In this document: positions 52,795 to 61,485 of the stretch, in pieces | How the letters are laid out: every line of letters starts with the position of its first letter | Numbering within the stretch: position 1 is the first letter of the stretch | From: Candidatus Limnocylindrales bacterium | Lineage (GTDB): Bacteria; Chloroflexota; Limnocylindria; Limnocylindrales; CSP1-4 | DNA: 64,000 nt | Assembly (NCBI GenBank): GCA_036003325.1 | Contig: DASYSM010000158.1 | Location: 14,828-78,827, forward strand | Reading direction: 5' to 3' | Position numbers and translations under genes: made by a program | Notes under the pieces: generated by a model | What the model was told of the DNA's origin: nothing | The model's input: only the letters and a program-made list of their open reading frames with translations | The model's database searches: none

Positions 52795-54150
52795 TCAGGG
52801 CGCCGGCGGCAGCACCTGCCAGTCGCCCCAGTCGGTGCCGGAGACGAGGAGACGAGCGTCGGAGCCATCGACAGCGATACTCCACAGCGCGTGGTCGTCG
52901 CCGTGTCCGCTGGCGTAGAGGATACGTCCACCATCGGGCGAGAACGCGATGGGCCGGAGAAAGGGGTTCCCGGTGACGATCGCGAGGGTCCTCACGGTGC
53001 CGCTCGCGACGTCCACGACGCGCAGCTCGTTGACGTTCCGCGACGTGTCCGCGCTCAGGTCGTAAGAGGCAGGGCTCCAGGTGAAGGCCACTCGATCACC
53101 CGTCGGAGAGAGCACCGGGTCGTCGTACGCCGGCCCCGGACCGTAGCCATTCGGCCCGGGCACCGCTCCGGCCAGGACGCGCAGCTGGGACCCCTGGGAC
53201 GTCGCGATCACGAGGGACGCCGAGTTCGGGTAGTCGATATAGCCCATCCGGGCTCTATCGCCGGAGTACGCGCTGAACAAGACGTGCTGTCGTGGGTCGT
53301 CGGCCGGCAGGCGTCGTGGTGTGCTTCCGTCGATGGGCAGCGCCCATGTCTCGCGCGGGTCGAACCCAGGGTCCGGCCGGAGTGAGATGAGCAACGACTC
53401 GCCGTCGGGTGACCAGACCGCGTCCTCGTCGCGATACATGCCGAATCCAGACGGGATGGTGAGCACCGCCTGTCGCTCCCCGTCGAGGCCATAGACCCCG
53501 ATCGTCCTCGACCCCTCGTCGACCCACGATGCGACGCGCGTTGAGTCCGAGGACCATGCCACCAGCCAGCCCTCGCCCGGGAACGAGGTGACCGCCTTGG
53601 TCGCGGGATCGGTGATGACCACGGTCCCGGCGCAGCGATCCCCGGACGCCGACCGGTAGGCGAGGTGGCTACCGTCCGGTGACCACATCGGCCCCTCGCC
53701 ATGATCGCCGCCGCAGGCGTTGGGGCTGCCGGCTGATGCGTCCGGCGTGCCGACCGCGATCGGGACGGCGTTCCGCCCATCCCAGTCGGCCAGGTAGATG
53801 TCGCCGTCGAGGCCGTAGGCAAGGTGGCCCAGGCGCCCGGTCGGCAGCGGTGACGGGCGTTTCGGGAGGGCTCCGACCAGGATCGCTCCGCCGACCAGGG
53901 CCGCGATCAGCAGCAGGGCGACCAGCGCCGTCCGGCCGACCGCCGGAAGGCTCGTCGCGCGAGCGCCGGTGCGAGGATCCGGCGCCGCGCCGACCCAGTC
54001 GCTGCCCGGGCGCGCCAGCCAGCCCGGCCGGGGCCGCCGCCGTCGACTGGCGTCCATGACCCGCTGCAGGTCGCCGGCGGGCGCGGGCGACAGGGCCTCG
54101 GCCTCCAGCCAGCCGCTGATCGTCCGGTCGAAGTCGTCGTCGATGGTCAT
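52795..54150 (-). CDS. Membrane-anchored anti-sigma-like protein with periplasmic TolB-like beta-propeller
   Basis: Start MTIDDDFDRTISGWLEAE overlaps the sigma stop (ATGA). N-terminal cytoplasmic helix, one TM (TALVALLLIAALVGGAILV), then repeated SPDG motifs (WSPDGSHLAY, WSPDGESLL, SPTGDRVAF, FSPDGGRILY). Confidence 0.65.
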   Translation of the reverse strand: MTIDDDFDRTISGWLEAEALSPAPAGDLQRVMDASRRRRPRPGWLARPGSDWVGAAPDPRTGARATSLPAVGRTALVALLLIAALVGGAILVGALPKRPSPLPTGRLGHLAYGLDGDIYLADWDGRNAVPIAVGTPDASAGSPNACGGDHGEGPMWSPDGSHLAYRSASGDRCAGTVVITDPATKAVTSFPGEGWLVAWSSDSTRVASWVDEGSRTIGVYGLDGERQAVLTIPSGFGMYRDEDAVWSPDGESLLISLRPDPGFDPRETWALPIDGSTPRRLPADDPRQHVLFSAYSGDRARMGYIDYPNSASLVIATSQGSQLRVLAGAVPGPNGYGPGPAYDDPVLSPTGDRVAFTWSPASYDLSADTSRNVNELRVVDVASGTVRTLAIVTGNPFLRPIAFSPDGGRILYASGHGDDHALWSIAVDGSDARLLVSGTDWGDWQVLPPAP

Positions 54151-54740
54151 GCGATCGACTCCCTGCGGACGGTGGGCGTGCGTGCCTCGGCGTCGAGCGC
54201 GGCCCGCAACGCCGCGGAGGCGCGATTGAGCCGTGACTTGAAGGTGCCGAGGGCGATGTCGAGGACGTTGGCCGCCTCGGCGTCGGGCAGCCCGAGGTAG
54301 TAGTGGACGACGATCACCGCGCGCTGCTCGGGGGTCAGCCGGTGGAACCCGCGGTCCAGCAGGTCGCGGACCGCGGTCAGCTCCTGCGCATCGGGATCGC
54401 CGGCGGTGTCGGGTGCCGTGATGTGGAGCTCGACGACCCCGCGATGCCTGACCCGTCGCGCCTCCCGGTAGCACGCGTGGACGAGCAGGCGATGGAGCCA
54501 CGCATCGAAGCGCTCGGGATCGCGGACGGCCCGGATGTGCAGCCATGCCGCCAACAGCGCCTCCTGGACCGCGTCGGACGCGAGGTCGTCGCTGCGGAGG
54601 ATCAGCCGCGCGGTCAGGTGCAGCCGGTCGACGGCGTCCGCCGCGAGCGCCGTGAAGGCGTCGTGGTCGCCGTCCCTGGCCCGAAGCACGAGGTCTCGCT
54701 GCATCGGTGGTCCCGCTGGCGGCGGCCCCGGTGGCCGCAC
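54147..54740 (-). CDS. ECF (sigma-70 family) RNA polymerase sigma factor
   Basis: Region 2 (DAFTALAADAVDRLHLTARLIL…DAVQEALLAAW) and region 4 (LTPEQRAVIVVHYYLGLPDAEAANVLDIALGTFKSRLNRA). True start may be M13. Confidence 0.8.
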   Translation of the reverse strand: MRPPGPPPAGPPMQRDLVLRARDGDHDAFTALAADAVDRLHLTARLILRSDDLASDAVQEALLAAWLHIRAVRDPERFDAWLHRLLVHACYREARRVRHRGVVELHITAPDTAGDPDAQELTAVRDLLDRGFHRLTPEQRAVIVVHYYLGLPDAEAANVLDIALGTFKSRLNRASAALRAALDAEARTPTVRRESIA

Positions 54741-54802
54741 TCACCCATCATGAGTCGGGCGGCGGGTGAAGTCGTTCCATCTTCGTGCTCCAGAACGCGG
54801 CC

Positions 54803-55684
54803 TCAGGCGATGCCGCGGATGTCGAGCACCCGGCCCCAGTGCAGGAAGCGCACGGCGACCAGCACCCCGAACGCCGCGATGACCAGGATCGCTGCTGCCG
54901 CGATCGACTGGTCGAGGTCGCCGCCCTGGAACTCGCTGTAGACGACCAGCGGCAGGGTCTGGGTCCTTCCCTCGACATTGCCGGCGAACATGATCGTCGC
55001 CCCGAACTCGCCGAGCGCCCGGGCCCAGCTCATCACCAGGCCGGCGGCCAGCGCGGTGCCGGCCAGCGGGATCGTGATCGAGCGGAACAGCTGACGTTCG
55101 GTCGCGCCGTCGACCCTCGCCGCATCCTCCAGGTCACGGTCCACGCCGGCGATCCCGGTCCGTGCCGATCGGACGAAGAACGGCGCGGCCACGAAGACCT
55201 GGGCCATGATCACAGCCACCGTCGTGAACGGCACGCTGAAGCCGAGGATGTCGAACGGCGCCGACAGCAGCCCACGACGACCGAACACGAGCAGCAGGGC
55301 GAGCCCGGCCACCGACGGCGGCAGGACGATCGGCAGGTCGACGACCGCCTCGAGCCAGCCCTTGCCGCGGAAGGACCGACGCGCGAGGACGACCGCGAGT
55401 GGCAGGCCCAGCGCGACCGTCACGACGAGGCTGATCGCCGTCGTGGACAGGCTCAGCCAGAGCGCCTCGAGGACGACCGGCGAGGTCAGCGCGACCTGGA
55501 GCGATCCGACGATGATCGAGCGCCCGACGAGGGCGAGGACCGGCAGCGCGAGGAACAGCGCGAAGAGCAGCGCGAGCGCCGCGACCGAGCGCTCGGCCCA
55601 TGGACCCGACCGGCGCGTGACAGGGCGCGAACGACCTGCCACGCTCCCAGTCCCGGTCGGTCCCCCCGTGGTGCGTTCGATCAC
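54803..55684 (-). CDS. modB: Molybdate ABC transporter permease ModB
   Basis: EAA-like loop (ARVDGATERQLFRSITIPLA). CysT/ModB family. Confidence 0.9.
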   Translation of the reverse strand: MIERTTGGPTGTGSVAGRSRPVTRRSGPWAERSVAALALLFALFLALPVLALVGRSIIVGSLQVALTSPVVLEALWLSLSTTAISLVVTVALGLPLAVVLARRSFRGKGWLEAVVDLPIVLPPSVAGLALLLVFGRRGLLSAPFDILGFSVPFTTVAVIMAQVFVAAPFFVRSARTGIAGVDRDLEDAARVDGATERQLFRSITIPLAGTALAAGLVMSWARALGEFGATIMFAGNVEGRTQTLPLVVYSEFQGGDLDQSIAAAAILVIAAFGVLVAVRFLHWGRVLDIRGIA

Positions 55685-56535
55685 GATGCCGGTGGCAGGA
55701 ACCCGAGACCCGTCAGGATCGCCTGGCCATCCGGGCCGGCGAACCAGTCGAGGAAAGCCTTTGCCGCGACCGGGTTCTGCGAGGCCTTGATCACGACCCC
55801 GTCATAGGCCGCGGGCACGTTGGCCGAATCGGGGACGTCGATCGTCTTGACCGTGTCGGCCGCGCCCGTGGCGTCGGTCACGTAGACGATGCCGGCGTCC
55901 CCCTGGTCGAGCGCGATCTTGGAGAGCAGCGCGGCGACGTTGTCCTCCTTCGAGGCGATGTTGGCCGTGTACTTGGCGACGAAGTCGGCCGGATAGCCGG
56001 CCTCCCTGGCGAGGTTTCCGACGAGCTGCGTCGCGTACCTGGTGATCGGCACGCTGTCGCCGGCGGCGATCACCTTGACCCCGGGGTTGGCAAGGTCCTT
56101 CGGCGACGTGATCCCGGCCGGGTTCGCACTGGGCACCACGATGGTCAGCTTGTTGCCGGCGAACGGGACGAGGCCGCCCGCGGCGAGGCCCTTGTCCACG
56201 AGCTTCTGCGGGTTGGTCGCGTCGGCGGACAGGAAGACATCGGCCGGAGCGCCCTGCTCGATCTGCGTCTCGAGGGCCGAGGACGAGTCGGTCGAGATGG
56301 TCACGGTCATGCCTGGGTTCGCCGTTTCGTAGGCGGCCTTGGCCTTGGTGAGCGCTGCCTTCAGCGACGCGGCGCCATAGACCGTGAGCGCGGCACCGGA
56401 CGAGCCGGCCGCCGAGGGCACGGCGGAGGGCGCGGAGGTGGCTGCGGCGCTCGTCGATGGCGATGACCCGGAGCCCGAGCACGCGGCCAGCACGAGGGCG
56501 AGGAAGGGGACGACAATGGACAGACGGTGCTTCAT
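55681..56535 (-). CDS. modA: Molybdate ABC transporter substrate-binding protein ModA
   Basis: Lipoprotein signal (LALVLAACSG). ModA motif region (VFLSADATNP…). Confidence 0.9.
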   Translation of the reverse strand: MKHRLSIVVPFLALVLAACSGSGSSPSTSAAATSAPSAVPSAAGSSGAALTVYGAASLKAALTKAKAAYETANPGMTVTISTDSSSALETQIEQGAPADVFLSADATNPQKLVDKGLAAGGLVPFAGNKLTIVVPSANPAGITSPKDLANPGVKVIAAGDSVPITRYATQLVGNLAREAGYPADFVAKYTANIASKEDNVAALLSKIALDQGDAGIVYVTDATGAADTVKTIDVPDSANVPAAYDGVVIKASQNPVAAKAFLDWFAGPDGQAILTGLGFLPPAS

Positions 56536-56972
56536 GCGCGCGACTCCCTTGCGGACGGGACCTCGACGATGACGTTCGTCGACTTGACCACGCAGACAGC
56601 CTCGTCGCCGACCTTGAGCCCGAGCTCCTCGACCGCCTCGGCGGTCATCAGGCTGACGATCCGGTGCGGCCCGGCGATGACCTCGACGACCGCGGCCACC
56701 CGGTCCTTCTCGATCCGCGTGACGATGCCCGGGAACCGGTTGCGAGCCGATTGGGCGACGATCGGCCGATCGGTCGAAGCCTTGCGGCGTTCATCGAGGA
56801 GCCGGCTGACCTCGTCGATGTCGATGAGGCGTTGGCCGCCCATCGATCGCTCCATGCGGAGGCGACCCTCGGCCTCCCAGCGCCTCAGCGTCTCGACCGA
56901 CACACCAAGCATCTCGGCGGCCTGACCGACCCGCAGGCGGGTGCTCGGTGGGTGATGGTCCGTCTGCGTCAT
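56532..56972 (-). CDS. MerR/excisionase-type HTH + TOBE (Mop) domain molybdate-responsive regulator
   Basis: HTH: RVGQAAEMLGVSVETLRRWEAEGRL. C-terminal TOBE: NRFPGIVTRIEKD…. Overlaps modA. Confidence 0.8.
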   Translation of the reverse strand: MTQTDHHPPSTRLRVGQAAEMLGVSVETLRRWEAEGRLRMERSMGGQRLIDIDEVSRLLDERRKASTDRPIVAQSARNRFPGIVTRIEKDRVAAVVEVIAGPHRIVSLMTAEAVEELGLKVGDEAVCVVKSTNVIVEVPSARESRA

Positions 56973-57113
56973 ACCATGGAGTATCGACGCTCAGCGGCAG
57001 TCGTGTCTAGGGGTTTCCGTCATTGCGTGCAGGAACAGGGTCCTGACGAGGGACCGTGGACGTCGTCTTCGACTGCAGCTCGCGGCGCTCGGGTCTTCGC
57101 CGGGTCCGGTGTG

Positions 57114-57860
57114 TCAGCCGGCCTCGGGCGGGCGCGTCGGCGCGACCCGGCTTCCGCCGAAGACCTGCCCGGTCGGGAGGATCTCGATCGCCGTCAGGTC
57201 GACGTGCGGCGGGAGGTCGATGGCGGTCTCGATGACGGCGGCGATGTCGCTCGGCTGGACGGCCTCGAAGCCGTCGTACAGGGCCGCCGATGCGGCCCGG
57301 TTGTCGCCGAACACGCCGTCATAGAGGCGGGTCTGGACACGACCCGGCAGCAGCACGGTCACGCGGATGGCCGAGCCGAGCAGGTCGGCCCGCAGACCCT
57401 CCGCGAAAGCGTGGAGGGCCGCCTTCGTGGCGGCGTAGACGGCCGTGTTCGGCGTCGGGTGCCTGCCCGCGATCGAGCCCAGATAGAAGATGTGGCCACG
57501 GTCACGGGCGATCATCCCGGGCAGGACCAGCCGGGTCACGTGGAGCGCAGACCGCAGGTTGACGTCCACGAGCAGGTCGATGGCGTGCGCGGTGTTGTCC
57601 TGGAACGGCCGCAGTTCCGGCAGGACGCCGGCGTTGTTGATCACCAGGTCGAACGGGACGTCGGCGATGGCCGCCTCGAGCGCGGCCGTGTCGCGGATGT
57701 CGATGCCGTGGGCGATCGCGCCGGTCTCCGCCGCGACACGCTGGAGGTCGTCGTCGTCGAGCGCCAGTGCATGGACCTCGAGATCCCGGGCGCGGAGCGC
57801 TCGGACGATGCCCTCGCCGATCCCGCGCGATGCCCCGGTCACGAGTGCGATCGTCGGCAT
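57114..57860 (-). CDS. SDR-family oxidoreductase
   Basis: TGASRGIG, NNAG, YAATKAA catalytic motif. Start taken at M11 (MPTIALVTG). Confidence 0.8.
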   Translation of the reverse strand: MPTIALVTGASRGIGEGIVRALRARDLEVHALALDDDDLQRVAAETGAIAHGIDIRDTAALEAAIADVPFDLVINNAGVLPELRPFQDNTAHAIDLLVDVNLRSALHVTRLVLPGMIARDRGHIFYLGSIAGRHPTPNTAVYAATKAALHAFAEGLRADLLGSAIRVTVLLPGRVQTRLYDGVFGDNRAASAALYDGFEAVQPSDIAAVIETAIDLPPHVDLTAIEILPTGQVFGGSRVAPTRPPEAG

Positions 57861-57870
57861 GGGTGCTCCT

Positions 57871-58599
57871 CTAGACGATGACGTCGGCACCGCTGACGAC
57901 GATGGTCTCGCCGGCGATGCTGACGTTGCTCGGGGCGCTGAGGTAGGCGATCAGGTTCGCGACCTCGGCCGGCTCGATCGGCTGCCGGGTGGGAAGCGCA
58001 GCCACCATCGGGCCGTACCAATCGGCGGCCTTCGCCGTGTCCGTGGCCATCGGTCCGGGCGCGACGGAGTTGACGAGGATGGCGTCGGGGGCGACCTCGA
58101 GCGCGAGCGACCGGGTCAGGCTGATGACCGCCGCCTTGGTCGCGGCGTAATGGGCGTTCGCGGGATGGGCCGTGAGCCCGTCGATCGACGCTACGTTGAC
58201 GATGCGGCCGCCGCCGCGTCCCCGCATCGCGGCGATCGCCTCCACCATCATGAAATACGTCCCGAGCACGTTGACCTCGAACACGAACTGCCAGTCCTCG
58301 GCCGAGATGTCGAGGACCGGCCGGCGCGGGTAGACGCCGGCCGCGTTGACGAGCACGTCGACACCGCCGAACCGATCGATGGCGATGCCGACCGCGCGGG
58401 CGCAGGCATCCCGCGTCCGGACGTCTGCCGGGATGGCGACCGCGTCCACCCCGCGCGCGGTCAGGGAGTCGATCGAGGCACCCAGCGCGTCGGCATTCGC
58501 ATCGACGAGGGCCAGCTGGTAGCCGTCGGTCGCGAACCGGTCGGCGCAGACCTGCCCGAGCCCGTTGGCCGCGCCGGTGACGATCGCGACCCGGGCCAT
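57871..58599 (-). CDS. SDR-family oxidoreductase (FabG-like)
   Basis: Start MARVAIVTGAANGLG (M92 of ORF 57871..58872), overlapping the FMO stop (ATGA). YAATKAA motif. Confidence 0.8.
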   Translation of the reverse strand: MARVAIVTGAANGLGQVCADRFATDGYQLALVDANADALGASIDSLTARGVDAVAIPADVRTRDACARAVGIAIDRFGGVDVLVNAAGVYPRRPVLDISAEDWQFVFEVNVLGTYFMMVEAIAAMRGRGGGRIVNVASIDGLTAHPANAHYAATKAAVISLTRSLALEVAPDAILVNSVAPGPMATDTAKAADWYGPMVAALPTRQPIEPAEVANLIAYLSAPSNVSIAGETIVVSGADVIV

Positions 58600-59960
58600 C
58601 AGCGGCCGGCCCTGGCGGGCAGGGGATCGCTCCTGCCGGACGCCGGCGCGGTCGTTCGCGGCGCGCCCTGGAGCGAACGCAGACGTCGCCGCGTCGCCTC
58701 CATCTGCGTGTTCCAGTACGCCCGGACGATGTCGATCCGCGCCTCGGGCGCGTCGCTGGCACTGAACAGCTCGACGAGCGGTCGAGGCATCCGCTCCTGC
58801 AGCGCGAGCATGTCCATGATCACGTCGCTTTGCGCGCTGTAGACGGGCAGCTGCGGGCCGCGCGGCGCACACAGCCCGACGAAGTAGAGCCGGGCCGGTC
58901 CGTGGTACGGCAGGATGCAGCCGGCGACGCGGAGCGGGATCCCCGCCTCACGACGGACGAGGTCGTCCCGCAGGAACGGCAGGACCGGTCGGAAACCGGT
59001 CGCCCAGACGACCGTGTCGACCGTCGCCCGGGAGCCGTCGACGAACTCCACCACGTCGCCGTCGAACCGCCGGAGGCCGGGTGCCGGCACCACTCGACCG
59101 TGCTGGATCCAATGGAGGACGAGGCTGTTCACGACCGGCCGCTGGTCATTGAGGCTCTTCGCGACCGGCTTCGGCAGGCCGTAGGCCTCGGGGCTGCCGA
59201 CCGACATCCAGATGAGCAGGCGGAGGACAGGGTCGAGCAGACGAGGCGGCAGCTTCATGATGGGGAGCGTCCCCCGCGGCTTGCCGAAGAACGTCTTCGG
59301 CTGGAAGAGATGGCCGTGGCGGACGCTCAGGACGATGTCCATGCCGGCCTGGGCGAGCTCGGATGCGATGTCGCAGCCGGAGTTGCCCGATCCGACGACG
59401 AGGACGCGGCTGCCCGCGATGTCGCCCGGGTTGTGGTATCGGCCGGAGTGGAGCGTCCTGCCCGTGAATGTCCCGGGGACCGTCGGGACGGCCGGCACGG
59501 AGTTGTGCCCGTTGGCCACGAGGACGCCGGCGTACCGTCGGGTCGCTCCGTCCGACGTCGTCACGTCCCAGCCGTCGCCGCCGTTCGGACCGACCGGATC
59601 CAGCCGCTCGACCCGCGTGTCGAACGTGACCCGCGAGCGCAGATCGAACCGATCGGCGTGGCCCTCGAGGTACTCCACCATCTGGGACCGGCGCGGAAAA
59701 TGCGCCCATCCATCGGGCATCGGGTCGCCCGCGAAGCCCGAGCCGGCCCGGGGGGTGATGAGGTGCAGGTTGTCGTAGTCGGTGTGCCAGTGGCCGCCGA
59801 CGCGGCCGGTCGCCTCGAACGCGTCGAAGTCGTGACCGGCGGCGATGAGCGCGCGCATCGCGGCCAGGCCGGCGGCGCCGGCACCGATGACGCAGTAACG
59901 GGGCCGCGCCGAGCCCGGGTCGTTCGGGTCCATGACCGCAGCGTAGCGGGCGTGACCCAA
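58599..59960 (-). CDS. Flavin-containing monooxygenase (FAD/NADPH-dependent)
   Basis: Two dinucleotide-binding motifs: GAGAAG and GSGNSG. FMO-like (FATGF-type ATGFRP). Confidence 0.8.
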   Translation of the reverse strand: MGHARYAAVMDPNDPGSARPRYCVIGAGAAGLAAMRALIAAGHDFDAFEATGRVGGHWHTDYDNLHLITPRAGSGFAGDPMPDGWAHFPRRSQMVEYLEGHADRFDLRSRVTFDTRVERLDPVGPNGGDGWDVTTSDGATRRYAGVLVANGHNSVPAVPTVPGTFTGRTLHSGRYHNPGDIAGSRVLVVGSGNSGCDIASELAQAGMDIVLSVRHGHLFQPKTFFGKPRGTLPIMKLPPRLLDPVLRLLIWMSVGSPEAYGLPKPVAKSLNDQRPVVNSLVLHWIQHGRVVPAPGLRRFDGDVVEFVDGSRATVDTVVWATGFRPVLPFLRDDLVRREAGIPLRVAGCILPYHGPARLYFVGLCAPRGPQLPVYSAQSDVIMDMLALQERMPRPLVELFSASDAPEARIDIVRAYWNTQMEATRRRLRSLQGAPRTTAPASGRSDPLPARAGR

Positions 59961-60007
59961 CGTGGTAGGTTGTGTTACCTGCAGTTGCCCAAGGCATCAC
60001 CTGTGAC

Positions 60008-60937
60008 ATGACGAAGGCGATGGAGCTCACCCTCTCGCAGCTCGAATGCTTCGTGGCCACCCTTGAGACCGGCTCGTTCACGGCGGCCGCCGACGCGCTC
60101 GACATCTCGCAACCGGCGGTCGCCGAACAGGTCCAGCGGCTCGAGCGCTCGGTCGGCCAGTCGCTCTTCGCGCGTCAGGCGCGTGGCGTCCGGCCGACGC
60201 GCGCCGCGGCGGAGCTCGAACCGCACGCTCGCCGCGTGCTCGACGCCGCGCGCGCGGCGGCGCTGGTCGTCTCGGAGGCCGACACGGTCGGACGCGGGGC
60301 GGTGGCGTTCGGGACATTCGGCTCGCCGCACCACTACGGCCTGGCCGCGCTGATCCGTGGATACATCGCGGACCATCCACAGACCCATGTGCGGATCGTC
60401 GGCCAGAACTCCTCGTCGACCGCCGATGCGGTGCGGTCCGGGGCCCTGGACGCGGCGGTCGTGGCATTGCCGGTCGATGACGCGAGCCTCGATGTCCGGC
60501 CGTTGTTCGTCGGGGAGGTCGTCTACGTCTCGGCGGATCCGGCGCGCACGCGAAGGCCGGTCCCGATCGAGGCGCTCGCCGAACGCCCGCTCATCCTGTA
60601 CGAGTCGTCGGCGGGCGTCGCCGATCCGACCCGCCGACAGCTCGCCGCCCGTGCCCAGGCCGCCGGCGTCCTGCTCCGGCCCAGGGTCGAGGTGGAGTCG
60701 GCCGACACCGCGCTCGAGCTGGCCGCCGACGGCGTCGGCGACACCTACGCGCCGCAGATCCTGAAGGCATCGCTCGATCGGCGGCTGTCCACGGTCAGCT
60801 TCGATCCGCCGCTGGCGGACACGTTCGCGCTCATCGTCCGCGCAGGGTCGCGCCTGTCACGGCCGGTGCAGGACTTCGTCGATCGCGTGACGACCCACCT
60901 TCTGAGCTCGATGGCCGTCGCGGCCGACGGATCCTGA
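60008..60937 (+). CDS. LysR-family transcriptional regulator
   Basis: HTH (LSQLECFVATLETGSFTAAADALDISQPAVAEQVQRLE) plus LysR substrate-binding domain. Divergent from the FMO-SDR-SDR operon. Confidence 0.85.
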   Translation: MTKAMELTLSQLECFVATLETGSFTAAADALDISQPAVAEQVQRLERSVGQSLFARQARGVRPTRAAAELEPHARRVLDAARAAALVVSEADTVGRGAVAFGTFGSPHHYGLAALIRGYIADHPQTHVRIVGQNSSSTADAVRSGALDAAVVALPVDDASLDVRPLFVGEVVYVSADPARTRRPVPIEALAERPLILYESSAGVADPTRRQLAARAQAAGVLLRPRVEVESADTALELAADGVGDTYAPQILKASLDRRLSTVSFDPPLADTFALIVRAGSRLSRPVQDFVDRVTTHLLSSMAVAADGS

Positions 60938-60999
60938 TCGTCTGCCCGCCACGACTCGTCGCGTCGACCGAGTCCGAGGTCACGTGGCATCCTGTCGCG

Positions 61000-61461
61000 A
61001 TGGACAGCGTGTACGAGGCGGCGGGTCGCGAGGAGGGGCTGCTGCGTCTGGCAGCCGCGTGGCACGCGCGGGTCCTGGCCGACCCGGTCGTGAGCCACGC
61101 ATTCCGGCACGGCGTCAAGCCGGACCACACAGAGCGGCTGGCCGCGTATTGGGTCGAGGCGCTCGGCGGGCCGCCGGCCTACTCGAGCTCCTTTGGCGAC
61201 GAGACCTTCGTCCTGCGTCTTCACAGCGACAACGGCCCGCATGAGGAGATGGACCGGCGCGCGATCGCCTGCTTCGATCTGGCCCTCGAGGACGCCGGTC
61301 TCGCCGAGGACGCCGTGCTGCGCGACGCGCTCCATGACTATTTCGCGTGGGCGACGACGACCCGCATGACCGAGTACCCCGAGGCCGACGACGTTCCCGA
61401 CGACCTCCGCATCCGGCGCTGGTCGTGGGACGGGCTGCAGGACGACCAGCCCGCTCGTTGA
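61000..61461 (+). CDS. Group II truncated hemoglobin (trHbO-like)
   Basis: SVYEAAGREEGLLRLAAAWHARVLADPVVSHAF … LAAYWVEALGGPPAYS… is collinear with mycobacterial GlbO. Confidence 0.7.
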   Translation: MDSVYEAAGREEGLLRLAAAWHARVLADPVVSHAFRHGVKPDHTERLAAYWVEALGGPPAYSSSFGDETFVLRLHSDNGPHEEMDRRAIACFDLALEDAGLAEDAVLRDALHDYFAWATTTRMTEYPEADDVPDDLRIRRWSWDGLQDDQPAR

Positions 61462-61485
61462 TCGGCGGCCGAGGCACGGGGACCC

